DNA of 64,000 nucleotides from an uncultured delta proteobacterium (GTDB taxonomy: Bacteria > Desulfobacterota > Binatia > Binatales > Binataceae): NCBI GenBank assembly GCA_963724765.1, contig CAVRVY010000002.1, forward strand, positions 288,001 to 352,000, given 5' to 3'. The notes beneath the pieces were generated by a model. That model was given only the letters and a program-made list of their open reading frames with translations. It was not told the DNA's origin and did no database searches. The position numbers and the translations under genes are program-made. Every line of letters begins with the position of its first letter. The stretch's first letter is position 1. Shown here piece by piece: positions 49,643 to 59,823 of the stretch.

Positions 49643-50929
49643 GTGAGCAGGAAAAAGCGCGTTGCCGCCAATCTCGCGCTGGTGTTGGCCGGCGTGGCGA
49701 TCGCATTCCTGATGGCCGAGGTCGCGGTGCGTGTAAGCGGTCTGGCCAAGGTCAGCCTTTACACCTGGGACGCATATCGCGGATGGGGCCTCAAGCCAGG
49801 CGCGTCCGGATGGCAGCGCGAGGAGGGTGCGGGCTTCGTCAGCGTCAACAGCGCCGGGTTTCGCGGCCCGCAATGGACGATCGCCAAGCCGCCGGACACG
49901 CTGCGCGTGGCGGTGGTCGGCGACTCCTTCACCGAGGCGCCACAGGTCGCGTACGATCAGACCTTCTGCTCGGTAGCCGAGCATGCGCTCGGCGGATGCA
50001 AGGGGCTGGGCGGCAGAAAAATCCAGGTGATGGACTTCGGGACCGACGCCTACGGCACAGCGCAGGAGCTGATCACGCTGCGCCGCCATGCCTGGCAGTA
50101 TTCGCCCGACCTGGTGGTGCTGGCTTTTTTTTCGGGCAACGATCTGCGCAACAACTCGACGGTGCTGGAGAGCGATAAGTGCCGCCCGTTCTACGTCTTT
50201 GATGACGGCAAGTTGACACTCGGCGGGCCGTTCGAGCGCTCGCGATGGTTTTATCTGTCGTGCATGATGCGGTTCGAATCGCGCCACTCGCAGGTGCTCA
50301 ACCTGATCGGCGACGCCAAGAGCGATATCCGGTCGAAAATGAAAGCGATGGAAGCTCGGCCGCCGTCAGCCGGCGAACCCAGACCCGCGGCCAGCGTCCT
50401 TAAACCCATAGGGCATGCGAGCGTCGGCGGCTTCACGCCGGTCGCCGAACAGCAGCCAGCGCCGCTGGGGCACGAGGCGGGACTCGAGGATAATATCTAC
50501 AATCCGCCGATGACGCCGGTATGGAAGGACGCGTGGCGAGTCACCGAGGGGATCATCACGATGATGGCGCGCGAGACGGCGGCGCATCACGTGCCGCTGC
50601 TGGTGGTGACGCTCGCCAATCCACCGCAGATCTATCCGGATCCGACCGTGCGCGGCTACTACTTGATGACTTACCGTTCGACAGACATCTTTTATCCCGA
50701 CCAGCGGATCAAGGCGCTCGGCGAACGCGAGGGTTTCGAGGTGCTGAACCTGGCGGCGCCAATGCAGGCCTACGCCGATGAGCATCATATGTTCCTGGCC
50801 GGCTTCAAGGACACCAAGCTGGGGGTCGGACACTGGAACGCGGTGGGCCACCGGCTGGCTGGCGAGCTTATCGCACAGAAAATCTGCGAGATGCTGTCGG
50901 CGAACACGCATCCCGCCGCCGCCCGCTGA
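49643..50929 (+). CDS. SGNH/GDSL hydrolase family (SxtL-like), membrane-anchored
   Basis: N-terminal TM; NSAGFRG, GDSFT, YGTAQE, GND and GHWNAVGH. Confidence 0.88.
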   Translation: MSRKKRVAANLALVLAGVAIAFLMAEVAVRVSGLAKVSLYTWDAYRGWGLKPGASGWQREEGAGFVSVNSAGFRGPQWTIAKPPDTLRVAVVGDSFTEAPQVAYDQTFCSVAEHALGGCKGLGGRKIQVMDFGTDAYGTAQELITLRRHAWQYSPDLVVLAFFSGNDLRNNSTVLESDKCRPFYVFDDGKLTLGGPFERSRWFYLSCMMRFESRHSQVLNLIGDAKSDIRSKMKAMEARPPSAGEPRPAASVLKPIGHASVGGFTPVAEQQPAPLGHEAGLEDNIYNPPMTPVWKDAWRVTEGIITMMARETAAHHVPLLVVTLANPPQIYPDPTVRGYYLMTYRSTDIFYPDQRIKALGEREGFEVLNLAAPMQAYADEHHMFLAGFKDTKLGVGHWNAVGHRLAGELIAQKICEMLSANTHPAAAR

Positions 50930-51006
50930 GCGTCGGCGCGCCGCCGGCTCCGATACCGAATACCGCTAGTGTCGTACGGCGTGCGCGCGCTTGATGGATG
51001 AGAGCG

Positions 51007-51031
51007 GGGCGGCTCCGATGCGGAGCCGCCC
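51007..51031. terminator. Hairpin between convergent genes
   Basis: gggcggctccg-atg-cggagccgccc (11-bp stem); no long U tract. Confidence 0.55.
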
Positions 51032-51046
51032 TCGATTGACGCAGGA

Positions 51047-51334
51047 CTAATTGTTGCTCTGGGTCGAGGTCTTCTCGGTGGTCGTGCTACTGCTCGGCGG
51101 TACGTAGTTGTCGTTCGAGCTGGTGGTTGTTGAGTTGTAGGACTTCGTCACGGTCGGGTTGACGGGCGCGGAGTCACCCTGCATACCCGTGGCACCGGTG
51201 GCTCCAGTCGCTCCACTCATTCCCGGAGGGCCAGCCGGCCCCTGCACAGTGCATCCGATAACGGCAGTGCCCATCAGCAATGCCATAGCCACTATACCGG
51301 TATAAGTCGCCGCAGTTTTCATAATGGTTTTCAT
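51047..51334 (-). CDS. Small lipoprotein with a collagen-like Gly-X-Y stretch
   Basis: Lipobox VIGC; GPAGPPGMSGATGATGATGMQGD; S/T-rich tail. Confidence 0.75.
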   Translation of the reverse strand: MKTIMKTAATYTGIVAMALLMGTAVIGCTVQGPAGPPGMSGATGATGATGMQGDSAPVNPTVTKSYNSTTTSSNDNYVPPSSSTTTEKTSTQSNN

Positions 51335-51578
51335 AGTTAAAGCCTATCAGGATCGGCCGGCCGTTATGCGTTGCAGTTCGAACGTCTTGGTTATTCAAAT
51401 AACCAAATAGTGGGCGCGCATGGCCCGCGGCGGGGGTGCGCATCCCGTTCCGTCCGATGAGCGACAGCAACGCCGCGTAGCCCCATCTGAGCCAGGGCTT
51501 GCGCAGGCGCTCCCGGCCTCTTAAGGTTTTGACGGGCAGCCTGCTTCGATGCCGAATGGGGGAGGGCACGACGAGACC

Positions 51579-52067
51579 ATGATCGAGTTTAAAGGGCTCG
51601 AATTGAAAATGGCGAGCGCAGGCCGCAATCTGCGCAATCTGACAGTGGCCGTGACGGCCGTAATGGGACTGCTCATGCTGACTGCGACGGCGTGGCCACA
51701 GGCTACCCCTCAGCCCACCCCCGCGACCAAAAACGCCAGGCACGCAAAGGACGCCAAACAGGCCGGGCAGGTCAAAAAGCCCCGCGTCATCTCCGTGACG
51801 ATCAACAAGGGCGAGACCTACACCATAAGTGGGCTCGAAAAGGGCGCCAAGACCGACTCGAAGGCGGTCGCGAATCCCAACTCGCTCAGCGTGCAGCCTC
51901 AACCCTCGGGCGACCTTGTACTGCTCGGCACCGAAGCCGGCAGTTGGAAGATTGATGCGACGCTCGCCGGTGGCGAGAAGGTTGTCTACGATGTGACCGT
52001 CAAGGCGGAGGCGCCGCCGATCAATTCACTGATTCCCGGCACTGCTCCAAGTGCGATTCCTCCCTGA
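51579..52067 (+). CDS. Secreted protein resembling the pilus-secretin N-terminal (RcpA/CpaC-N) domain
   Basis: Signal peptide; ISVTINKGETY..VANPNSLSVQP..LVLLGTEAG pattern. Confidence 0.5.
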   Translation: MIEFKGLELKMASAGRNLRNLTVAVTAVMGLLMLTATAWPQATPQPTPATKNARHAKDAKQAGQVKKPRVISVTINKGETYTISGLEKGAKTDSKAVANPNSLSVQPQPSGDLVLLGTEAGSWKIDATLAGGEKVVYDVTVKAEAPPINSLIPGTAPSAIPP

Positions 52068-52182
52068 CTCGGCTCTTCGAGTTTCGATACGCCAGCGCCG
52101 GCGGAACGTTTAGCTGCGACGCATCGGTCACGATCGGCGTTCGCACGCCAGCGCAGCGGCACCTTGCGCCCGAGTGCCCGGT

Positions 52183-52737
52183 TCAGCGGCGCGGCAGCAC
52201 GAGGATCTGGCCGTTCATCTCTGGCTGATGCACGGCGCATCGGAAGCCGTAAAGACCCTCGCGATGGAATGTATAGACGTATGAGGTCTTCGAGAGCGGC
52301 GTCAGCCGCAGATGCATCAGCGCATGGCCGGGACGATCCTCGAGCATGAAATCGTGATCGTCATCGGGCTGCAGGTTCCACAGCGTGATCCGCGTCGGCT
52401 CGTCGCGATGGACCGCGATGAAGCTGGGTGAGAAAGCGTAGACCTCGCCGAAGTGCTCGACGGTCGGCTTGGGCCCCGTTTCCTTCACCGCGACGGCCTC
52501 GGTGAGGACGACCACGCTGTCGGCGGCCGTGCCGGCGCGTGCCACCGTCACGATCTTGGATGCGGCCACGTCGGGCATGAAGTAGCGCGCCGCGCCCGCC
52601 GCGCCAGACATCGTATCGCCCGCGCACGCGGCCGATACGGTGGCGAGTAACACTGCCGCGGTGCAGACGGCGCCGATGTACGATCGCGGCGGGTGGTCCG
52701 AGCGCGGATTAAAGGATGAAGCGCGATGCTGGGGCAT
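52183..52737 (-). CDS. Periplasmic cupredoxin (type 1 blue copper protein)
   Basis: FSPSFIAV, DHDF and GLYGFRCAVHQPEMNGQILV (His...Cys-x2-His-x3-Met). Confidence 0.85.
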   Translation of the reverse strand: MPQHRASSFNPRSDHPPRSYIGAVCTAAVLLATVSAACAGDTMSGAAGAARYFMPDVAASKIVTVARAGTAADSVVVLTEAVAVKETGPKPTVEHFGEVYAFSPSFIAVHRDEPTRITLWNLQPDDDHDFMLEDRPGHALMHLRLTPLSKTSYVYTFHREGLYGFRCAVHQPEMNGQILVLPRR

Positions 52738-52812
52738 GCGTGTTCCTCGCGTTGGCGATCGCCGCAACGCGACCATCGTGTTGCGGCCGTGATCCGGTTA
52801 GGATTTTAAGCA

Positions 52813-53781
52813 ATGTCGAATGATTTTCGCACCCCGGGCGCGGGACGTATCGTGCTGGTCACGGGCGGCGCCGGATTTATCGGGTCGCATCTGGCCGACG
52901 CGCTGCTCGAGCGCGGACTCACGGTCCGCGTGATCGACAACTTTATGACCGGCAGCAGCCAAAACCTCAACCCGCGCGCCGAGCTTACCGAGGCCGATAT
53001 CCGCCAGCGCACGGCGATCGAGCCGGCCTTTGCCGGCGTCGATTGCGTCTTTCATACCGCGGCGCTGCCGCGGGTGGGGTTGTCGATCGAACGGCCGGTC
53101 GAGACCCATCTGGTCAACGTGGTTGGTACGCTCAACGTGCTGATGGCGGCGCGCGCGGCGGGCGTGCGGCGCGTGGTCTATTCTGGTTCGTCGTCAGTTT
53201 ATGGCGAGCAGTCGGATGAACTGTCGGGCGGGCAGCCGCGATTGCCGCTCATCGAAACGATGCCGCCCAATCCGCTCAGCCCCTATGCGTTGCAGAAGCT
53301 GATGGGCGAGGAATACGTGCGGATGTTCCATCGGCTGTATGGGCTGGGCGCGCTCTCACTGCGTTACTTCAGCGTGTACGGCGCGCGGATGGATCTGGAG
53401 GGGGCGTACGCGACGGTTATCGGAGCGTTTCTGCGTGCGCGGCGTGAAGGACGGCCGCTCGAGATTCGCGGCGACGGCGAGCAGCGGCGCGATTTCACCC
53501 ACGTGCGCGACGTCGTGCGCGCGAACCTGGCCGCGATGGATTGTGCGCTTGGGGACGGCAGCGCGATCAATGTTGGGCGCGGCGATGCGCTCAGCGTCAA
53601 CCGAATCGCGGAGCTGATCGGCGGACCGCGCGTCAACGTCGCGCCGAGGCTGGGTGAGCCGCGTGACACGCTGGCCGACCTTGCGCGCAGCCGTGCGATC
53701 CTCGGATGGAGTCCCGAGATCGAGACCGAGGAAGGCGTTCGTGAGCTGATGCGGCTTCACGGGCTGTCGCCCGTCGGGTGA
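52813..53781 (+). CDS. NAD-dependent sugar epimerase/dehydratase
   Basis: VTGGAGFIGSH, SSSVYG, YALQK and GDGEQRRDF. Confidence 0.94.
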   Translation: MSNDFRTPGAGRIVLVTGGAGFIGSHLADALLERGLTVRVIDNFMTGSSQNLNPRAELTEADIRQRTAIEPAFAGVDCVFHTAALPRVGLSIERPVETHLVNVVGTLNVLMAARAAGVRRVVYSGSSSVYGEQSDELSGGQPRLPLIETMPPNPLSPYALQKLMGEEYVRMFHRLYGLGALSLRYFSVYGARMDLEGAYATVIGAFLRARREGRPLEIRGDGEQRRDFTHVRDVVRANLAAMDCALGDGSAINVGRGDALSVNRIAELIGGPRVNVAPRLGEPRDTLADLARSRAILGWSPEIETEEGVRELMRLHGLSPVG

Positions 53782-53785
53782 ATCC

Positions 53786-55012
53786 TCAGTAGGGCTTGCT
53801 GACCAACACGCGCTGGTCTTTGAGCGCGGCAATTCGCTCGTCCGGATACCCTAAATATTTGCGCAGGATCAAATCGTTGTGCTCGCCGAGCAGCGGCGCC
53901 TGCTGGTTAACCGGGCTCGGAAATTCCGAGAACCGGATCGGAAAGCCAGGCACCTTGATGTCGCCCAGCACGCGGTCGTGCACTTCGGCCACGGTGCCGC
54001 GCGCGCGCAGGTGCGGATGGTTTATCGCGTCTTCCAGAGTGTGTATCGGCGCGACCGGGACGCGCACCGCGCGCATCGCCTCCAGCGATTTCGCGTCGTC
54101 GGGCATCGAGGCCAGCCAGCCCTCGATAACTTCCGTCACCGCCTCGCGATTTTCGACTCGCGCCGGGAGGCCGGCGAAGCGCGGATCGCGCGCGAGTTCC
54201 GGACGGCCCATCGCCTCGCACAACTGCGCCCAATGACGATCCATCCAGGCCATGATGATGAAGTAAATCTTGCGGCCCTTGAAAACCCCGGCCGGGCTGA
54301 GCCCCGGATAGTGGCGGCCCGATCGCTCGACGCGCGCGGCACCGCCGCTCGCCGTGAACAGCTCCACGCCCATGTCCTGGTAGCCGAAGTAGGAGTCGAG
54401 CAGCGAGACGTCGATGTACTGGCCGACGCCCGAGCGCTCGCGATGGAGCAGCGCGCACGCGATCGCGCCCATCCCATGCACGCCCGTGCTGACGTCGCCA
54501 ATCGCCATCAGTGGAATAACTGGGGGGCCGTCCTTTTCGCCGATAAGTCCGGTAACGCCGGCGTAAGCCTGGCCGATCAAGTCGAAGCCCGGATCTTCCG
54601 CGAGCGGCCCAGTCTGGCCGAAAGTCGACACCGAGCACATCACGATGCGCGGATTGAGTTTGCTCACTGCGGGATAGTCGAAGCCCAGCCGCGCGATTGC
54701 GCCGGGAGCGAAGTTCTCGACCAGCACGTCGACCTGCTTAACCAGTTCGCGCAGGATCGCGACGCCCTCGGGATGGCGCGCGTCGAGGCCGAGGCTCAGC
54801 TTGCCCAGGTTGTGCTGGACGTAGTAACCGCTGCGGTTGTCGCGCACGTAGGGGATCAGGCGCGAACGGTCGCCGTCGGGCGCGAGCTCGACCTTGATTA
54901 CCTCGGCGCCCATCGTGGCCATCAGCCTCGTTACGGTCGGTCCGGCGACGAACTGGGTGAAATCGAGGACTTTGTAGCCGTCGAGCACGTGTCGGAACTG
55001 ACCTGAAGCCAT
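53786..55012 (-). CDS. CaiB/BaiF family III CoA-transferase (paralogue of 28742..29968)
   Basis: VLDFTQFVAGP, VENFAPG and GFDLIGQA. Confidence 0.94.
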   Translation of the reverse strand: MASGQFRHVLDGYKVLDFTQFVAGPTVTRLMATMGAEVIKVELAPDGDRSRLIPYVRDNRSGYYVQHNLGKLSLGLDARHPEGVAILRELVKQVDVLVENFAPGAIARLGFDYPAVSKLNPRIVMCSVSTFGQTGPLAEDPGFDLIGQAYAGVTGLIGEKDGPPVIPLMAIGDVSTGVHGMGAIACALLHRERSGVGQYIDVSLLDSYFGYQDMGVELFTASGGAARVERSGRHYPGLSPAGVFKGRKIYFIIMAWMDRHWAQLCEAMGRPELARDPRFAGLPARVENREAVTEVIEGWLASMPDDAKSLEAMRAVRVPVAPIHTLEDAINHPHLRARGTVAEVHDRVLGDIKVPGFPIRFSEFPSPVNQQAPLLGEHNDLILRKYLGYPDERIAALKDQRVLVSKPY

Positions 55013-55088
55013 CGATCACTCTCCCGGCGAAGGCGCGCTGGTGCGACAAAAGTGCTGTAGCAAGCGACGCGCGCGCTTCGCAACCCCC

Positions 55089-55274
55089 CCGCATCAGCGC
55101 AGCGACGGCCCGCGCGCGTTAGCGCGCGGGCCGTCGCTGCGCTGATGCGGAGCGCCAGCACGAAGCGGCCGTTGCGCCGTCGGCGCAACGGCCGCTCCGT
55201 GCTGGCGGGGCCGTGCCGAGGTGCCGCGCAAAGTGCGGCAGGGCGCGGCCGCGTCGCGGCCGCGCCCTGCCGCA
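55089..55274. repeat. Three closely spaced long inverted repeats (29-, 27- and 20-bp arms)
   Basis: 55089-55150 perfect; 55153-55207 one mismatch (G-U on the minus strand); 55234-55274 perfect. Confidence 0.9.
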
Positions 55275-55293
55275 GCGCTCCCGCGTGCGCGCG

Positions 55294-57390
55294 CTAGGCC
55301 ACCTGCGGGCGGATTATCCCAGTCTCGCTGCGCGAGGCCGAAGCAGCCGGCAGTACGCGCACCGGCAGGATCACCAGGCTGAGCCCATGCACCTGTAGCC
55401 AGTTCTGCAATTCGAGCGCGGTGTGGTTGTGCAGGAAGCGGCTGATAAAGCCTTCCAGTTCGGCCTCGAAGATGAGCTTGCCGGCGAAGAACACGGCTTG
55501 CGGGAATTCGTGCGCGACGTCCAGGCACAGCTTGCGCAGCTCCACGACGACGTCGGGGCCGATGCTCACTCGCAGTTCGGAGTGCAGGCCCAGGTCGGTG
55601 CCGAAACGGCAGTATTCGCTGAGATCGTCGGCCACCTGCTGTTCGAGCTGCTTGACCTCTTCGGGCCCCTTCATCCGCGACGATTCGACTTCGCCCACGC
55701 CGACGAAGATCACGTTGCGGTACTGGTCGCGAAACAGCCGGCGCAGCGTCAGCAGCGTGGCCAGGCCCAGGCCGTTAAAACCGTTGACCAGCAGCACCGC
55801 GGTCGGTGCAGTCCGATCGTACTGTTCGGGCGGGCTTTCCTTGGCGGCGAAAAGCTCGGGCAGGATGTCGGCTTCGAGCTGTTCGATCGCATGACTGATG
55901 TACTTATAGTGATGGCGCACCAGGTAGCACAGTGCGACCATCGCGCCGGTTATCACGATCGTGACCCAGCCGCCCTCGTCGAACTTCAGCGTCACCGTGA
56001 GCATCAGGATGAGCGCCGTGAACGAGCATCCCACGCCGTTGATCGCAAGCTTGCGCCGCCAGTTTGGCTCCCTCGCGCGCTCCTGCCACCAGTGCACGCT
56101 CATCCCAAGCTGCGAGAGCGTGAAGGTGACGAACACGTTGATCGCGTAAAGCACAACCAGCAAATCGACCCGCGCATGCGTGAACACCAGGATTGCGATC
56201 GCCGCCAGGCCCATCGCGAATACCCCGTCCTGCGTCACCAGGCGCGAGCTGAGCTGCGCGAAGCGGCGCGGCAACCAGCGGTCCACCGCCATCGTAGCCA
56301 GCACCCGCGGCCCGTCGATGAAGCCGGTCTGCGCGGCTACGAACAACAGCGCGCCCTCGGTGATGAGGGTGAAGGTGATGATGGGCACTCCGACCCGCAG
56401 GCCGAACAGCTTCCAGTTGCTGGCCACGCGCTCAAACAGCACGGCGTTGAGGGTCTGGCCGTGGACCGGGCCGACGTTGAACAGCAAATAACAGACCAGG
56501 ATCCCGCCGGCCAGTCCCGCCAGCGACACGGCCATATAGAGCATCGTGCGCTTGCCTGTCGCCGTGCGCGGCTCGCGCAGGATCGGCAGTCCGTTACTGA
56601 CCGCCTCGATTCCGGTGTAAGTGCCGGCGCCCATGCTGTACGCACGGAAGAAGATGATCGCCAGCGCCAGCACGCCCACGGTGCTGACGCCGGTATGGAC
56701 CTGGCTGATGGCGTCGCGGGTGATCATGGGCAGTTCCGGGCTTCTGATGAGGAGCGCATAGCCGACCAGCCAGATGTGCATCACCACGAAGGCGAGAAAG
56801 ATCGGCAACAGCGAAAGCACCGATTCCTTGACCCCCCGCAGATTCATCCCGACCATCAGCACGACCACCACCAGGCAGACCCAGAATTTCAGCCACAGCC
56901 AGTTGGTCGGCAGGAAGCTGAAGATGGCGTCGGCGCCGCTCGCGATAGAGATCGCGATCGTCAGAACGTAATCGATCACCAGCGCGCATCCCGACGTCAG
57001 GCCCGGATAGGGCCCCAGCAACTTGGTCGCGACCAGGTAGCCGCCGCCGCCCGACGGAAACAGGTCGATGGTTTGCGAATACGAGGCTGAGATGATGAAG
57101 ACGGTCAGCGCCGTCATCACCGCCAGAAACACCGCCAGGTACTGGTTGTGGCCGAGCGCGAGGAAGGCTTCCTCGGGACCATAACACGACGAACTCAGTC
57201 CGTCGGAGCCGAGACCGACCCAGGCCAAAAACGCGATCAACGAAAGGCTATGGAAGATCCCTGGATCGCGGACGTCGCGCGGCGGTCCGATGATGACGTC
57301 GGTGAGAGTACGTTTGCCGCCCCCATTTGGCCCGTCACTGATAGTGCGCTTGGCGCTACCCGGTCCGTCGCTGCCGGATTTATTTCCCAT
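55294..57390 (-). CDS. APC-family permease, KimA-like (probable K+ transporter)
   Basis: DGLSSSCYGPEE, PSGGGGY, DYVLT, LRGVKES, TGIEAVSNG and LYAINVF; cytoplasmic C-terminal domain. Confidence 0.88.
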   Translation of the reverse strand: MGNKSGSDGPGSAKRTISDGPNGGGKRTLTDVIIGPPRDVRDPGIFHSLSLIAFLAWVGLGSDGLSSSCYGPEEAFLALGHNQYLAVFLAVMTALTVFIISASYSQTIDLFPSGGGGYLVATKLLGPYPGLTSGCALVIDYVLTIAISIASGADAIFSFLPTNWLWLKFWVCLVVVVLMVGMNLRGVKESVLSLLPIFLAFVVMHIWLVGYALLIRSPELPMITRDAISQVHTGVSTVGVLALAIIFFRAYSMGAGTYTGIEAVSNGLPILREPRTATGKRTMLYMAVSLAGLAGGILVCYLLFNVGPVHGQTLNAVLFERVASNWKLFGLRVGVPIITFTLITEGALLFVAAQTGFIDGPRVLATMAVDRWLPRRFAQLSSRLVTQDGVFAMGLAAIAILVFTHARVDLLVVLYAINVFVTFTLSQLGMSVHWWQERAREPNWRRKLAINGVGCSFTALILMLTVTLKFDEGGWVTIVITGAMVALCYLVRHHYKYISHAIEQLEADILPELFAAKESPPEQYDRTAPTAVLLVNGFNGLGLATLLTLRRLFRDQYRNVIFVGVGEVESSRMKGPEEVKQLEQQVADDLSEYCRFGTDLGLHSELRVSIGPDVVVELRKLCLDVAHEFPQAVFFAGKLIFEAELEGFISRFLHNHTALELQNWLQVHGLSLVILPVRVLPAASASRSETGIIRPQVA

Positions 57391-57902
57391 CGTTTATATC
57401 TGAGAGCTGCTCACGTAAAGTAGGGTTTTCAGGCACTTCCAGACACCTCGAGAAACCGCCACGAAGCGAAAAATCCTTTGACGTATGCTAAATCGCACTT
57501 TCGGTCATCTTCATTGAACTTTGAGCCGAGGCCTACGGATACCCCAGCGGAGCACCGAGAGCACCCTAACGGAGCACCCGCAGCTCGTCGTGATCGCCGA
57601 TCCGTCTCTTTGGCACCGACGCACGTAACAGCCACTATGCAGGCGAAGCAACCCCGCGACGAAGCGCCAACGATCAACGTCCGTCGCACTCGTTCGCTGA
57701 GTTACTCCGGGGCTATCAGGCCAAGGCAGACCGATCCGGATCCCGCATGGACAGAATCGAAAAGCGATTCTCCCAAAAATTTTCCATCGACAAGTCCGGT
57801 CACGACCAGTCACGGCGAGAGACGCAGAGCGCAAAAAGCGCCATAATCGCAATTATGGTCGATGACGTGAAGCCTGCGGGACAGGGCAGGGGAGCACACA
57901 GA

Positions 57903-58388
57903 ATGAGCCTCAAGGACAAGTTGTTAAAACGAAAAGAACAAACGGAAGCCGCGTCACAACAGATAGAAACCAGGCTCCAGGCATGGGATCGGGCACTCGT
58001 AGCCTTGATTCACTTTATCGAGAACACGCTCTCAGAGTCTGTCGAGGCTAAGGTTCTTACCCATGCCAAGACGATGAGCGGACATCAAGATGATTTCCTC
58101 AAGAGGGAAGTCGAATGGCCAATGCTTACCGTGTCAGCGGATGATTTAAAAGTGACCATCCAGCTGGTCGGACTAATCGCCGGAGGCGGCGGCGTAGATG
58201 TCACTGGCGGAGCAGTCCACGGTCGAGGATACGCGCTCCTTTGGGACGGCGCGGGGCAGGCTCCAGAAAACTGGAAAATCGCGCCTGCAGCCGGGGCGCA
58301 AGGGAAGGTGGATCGGGCCAAAGCAAAGCCTTTGACATCGGGCCTCTTAGAAAGAGTGTTATCTGAGCATCTAGGGCTCGGTAAGTGA
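57903..58388 (+). CDS. Hypothetical protein
   Basis: GGGGAG RBS; N-terminal coiled coil followed by a beta-rich region. Confidence 0.6.
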   Translation: MSLKDKLLKRKEQTEAASQQIETRLQAWDRALVALIHFIENTLSESVEAKVLTHAKTMSGHQDDFLKREVEWPMLTVSADDLKVTIQLVGLIAGGGGVDVTGGAVHGRGYALLWDGAGQAPENWKIAPAAGAQGKVDRAKAKPLTSGLLERVLSEHLGLGK

Positions 58389-58692
58389 TGGTCCTTGCCG
58401 TGGCGGCGGAGCCGCCGGGCAGCCTCGCCGCTTGCTCGCATCCGACCCGCGGTCGACCTCACTTGTATCGCGGGAAAACTCCTATACGTGGGACCGAGAA
58501 GCGCCAACGTCGCCTCCCGGATAGGGCCTGGTAGCGCGTTGATAGTCTTCACGCCGTATCTGACGACCTTCGCGGAGAATTTGTCGAGTGTTGTGGACAA
58601 CTGGCTTCGCGAAGTGGATTTAAGCGGGGCTGCGCATTGATCGCTCCGCGAGGTCGGTTATCCTCCATCCTTCTACTTTGCGAAAGAATTAA

Positions 58693-59815
58693 ATGAATGC
58701 CGAGCGCTTACATGCAGTGGCCAAGGCGCTGCTTAAGGAATTGACCGACGGTCGTATCGTCGAGCATCTACAAGAGCTTATAGGCGGTGTACAAAACGCA
58801 GTGAACCAACTAGCGCAAGCGCAGTTCGCAGAACCTTGTTGCAAGTAAGCGCACGGAATTGGCCCGGCTACTACCTAACGCGCGAAGCAATGAGTTTAGC
58901 CCAGCGTGGCGTCAAATCGTCACGGAGATTGGGGGTACCGGTTTACTCGGCACCGAACTTCGAAATCGAATCGAGAACGTCTTCCAGCGTAACCAGATTA
59001 AGCCTGCTGCAGCTCTTCAAGAGCTGCAGCCGATCCTACAGGCCCTAACGACTTTCAAGAATGGGCTGACTGAGGTTACCAACGGCCTCACACATCTTAA
59101 AATCGGAGCTGAGGAACTTGCACCGGGTGAATGCGAAGTCGGCGTGGCCATCCCACGAGAAGCCATCGACGATGAGTTCAAGACGTTCACCGATGAACTA
59201 GAAGAGTTTGAGTTTATCTTCGCCACTTTTTTGGAACTGTCTACGGGTCACCGCGATCCACTCCCAATACGAACTCTGTCTTCGACAGCGTTGATGGTTT
59301 ACGTCGGTATGGCACAGGCGGCAGCCGCCGCATTCGCCTATGCGGCCGAGCGGATCACCCTAGCCTACAAAAACTTGCTGGAGGCCAGGGAAATAAAAGC
59401 GAGGCTTCAGGCATTGGAAATGCCGGCGAACCATATTGAGCAATTCGAACGGCTTCTGAATGAAAGGATGGCGCACACTGTCGAGCAAGTTTCAATAGAA
59501 GTTGAGCAGAAATTTTTCCGAGTCGACGATGACCTACGACGGCAAGAACTCAAAAATGCTGTCAGAGTATCACTCAGAGGTTTGGCGAATCGGATTGACA
59601 AGGGATACAACATCGACGTTCGCATTGGTCCGCCTACCGACGAACAGAAAGCGGACGCCGAAACAGCGGCAGCAATCCGCACCATAGAGGCTGCTTCGGT
59701 TTCTCTTCAATTCATGCGTTTGGGCGGAGAACCTATCCTGATGCTCGACGAAGGCGAACGAGCTAAAGGCGAGGAAGCGACGGAGGCCAAGCGTCCGAAA
59801 AAGAAGACGAAATAG
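58693..59815 (+). CDS. Hypothetical helical protein, frameshifted near 58827
   Basis: MNAERLHAVAKALLKEL... joins the 58859..59815 frame (QNLVASKRTELARLL) through a single frame change. Confidence 0.65.
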
Positions 59816-59823
59816 AAGGCTCA

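Noticed and set aside
44804-50929. Saxitoxin biosynthesis cluster
   Set aside because: No sxtA, sxtG or sxtB; the sxtIJKL-like genes are widespread in non-producers.
57391-57600. c-di-AMP (ydaO) riboswitch upstream of the KimA-like gene
   Set aside because: The conserved GCUGAA/GGAACC pattern was not seen; an Infernal search would settle it.
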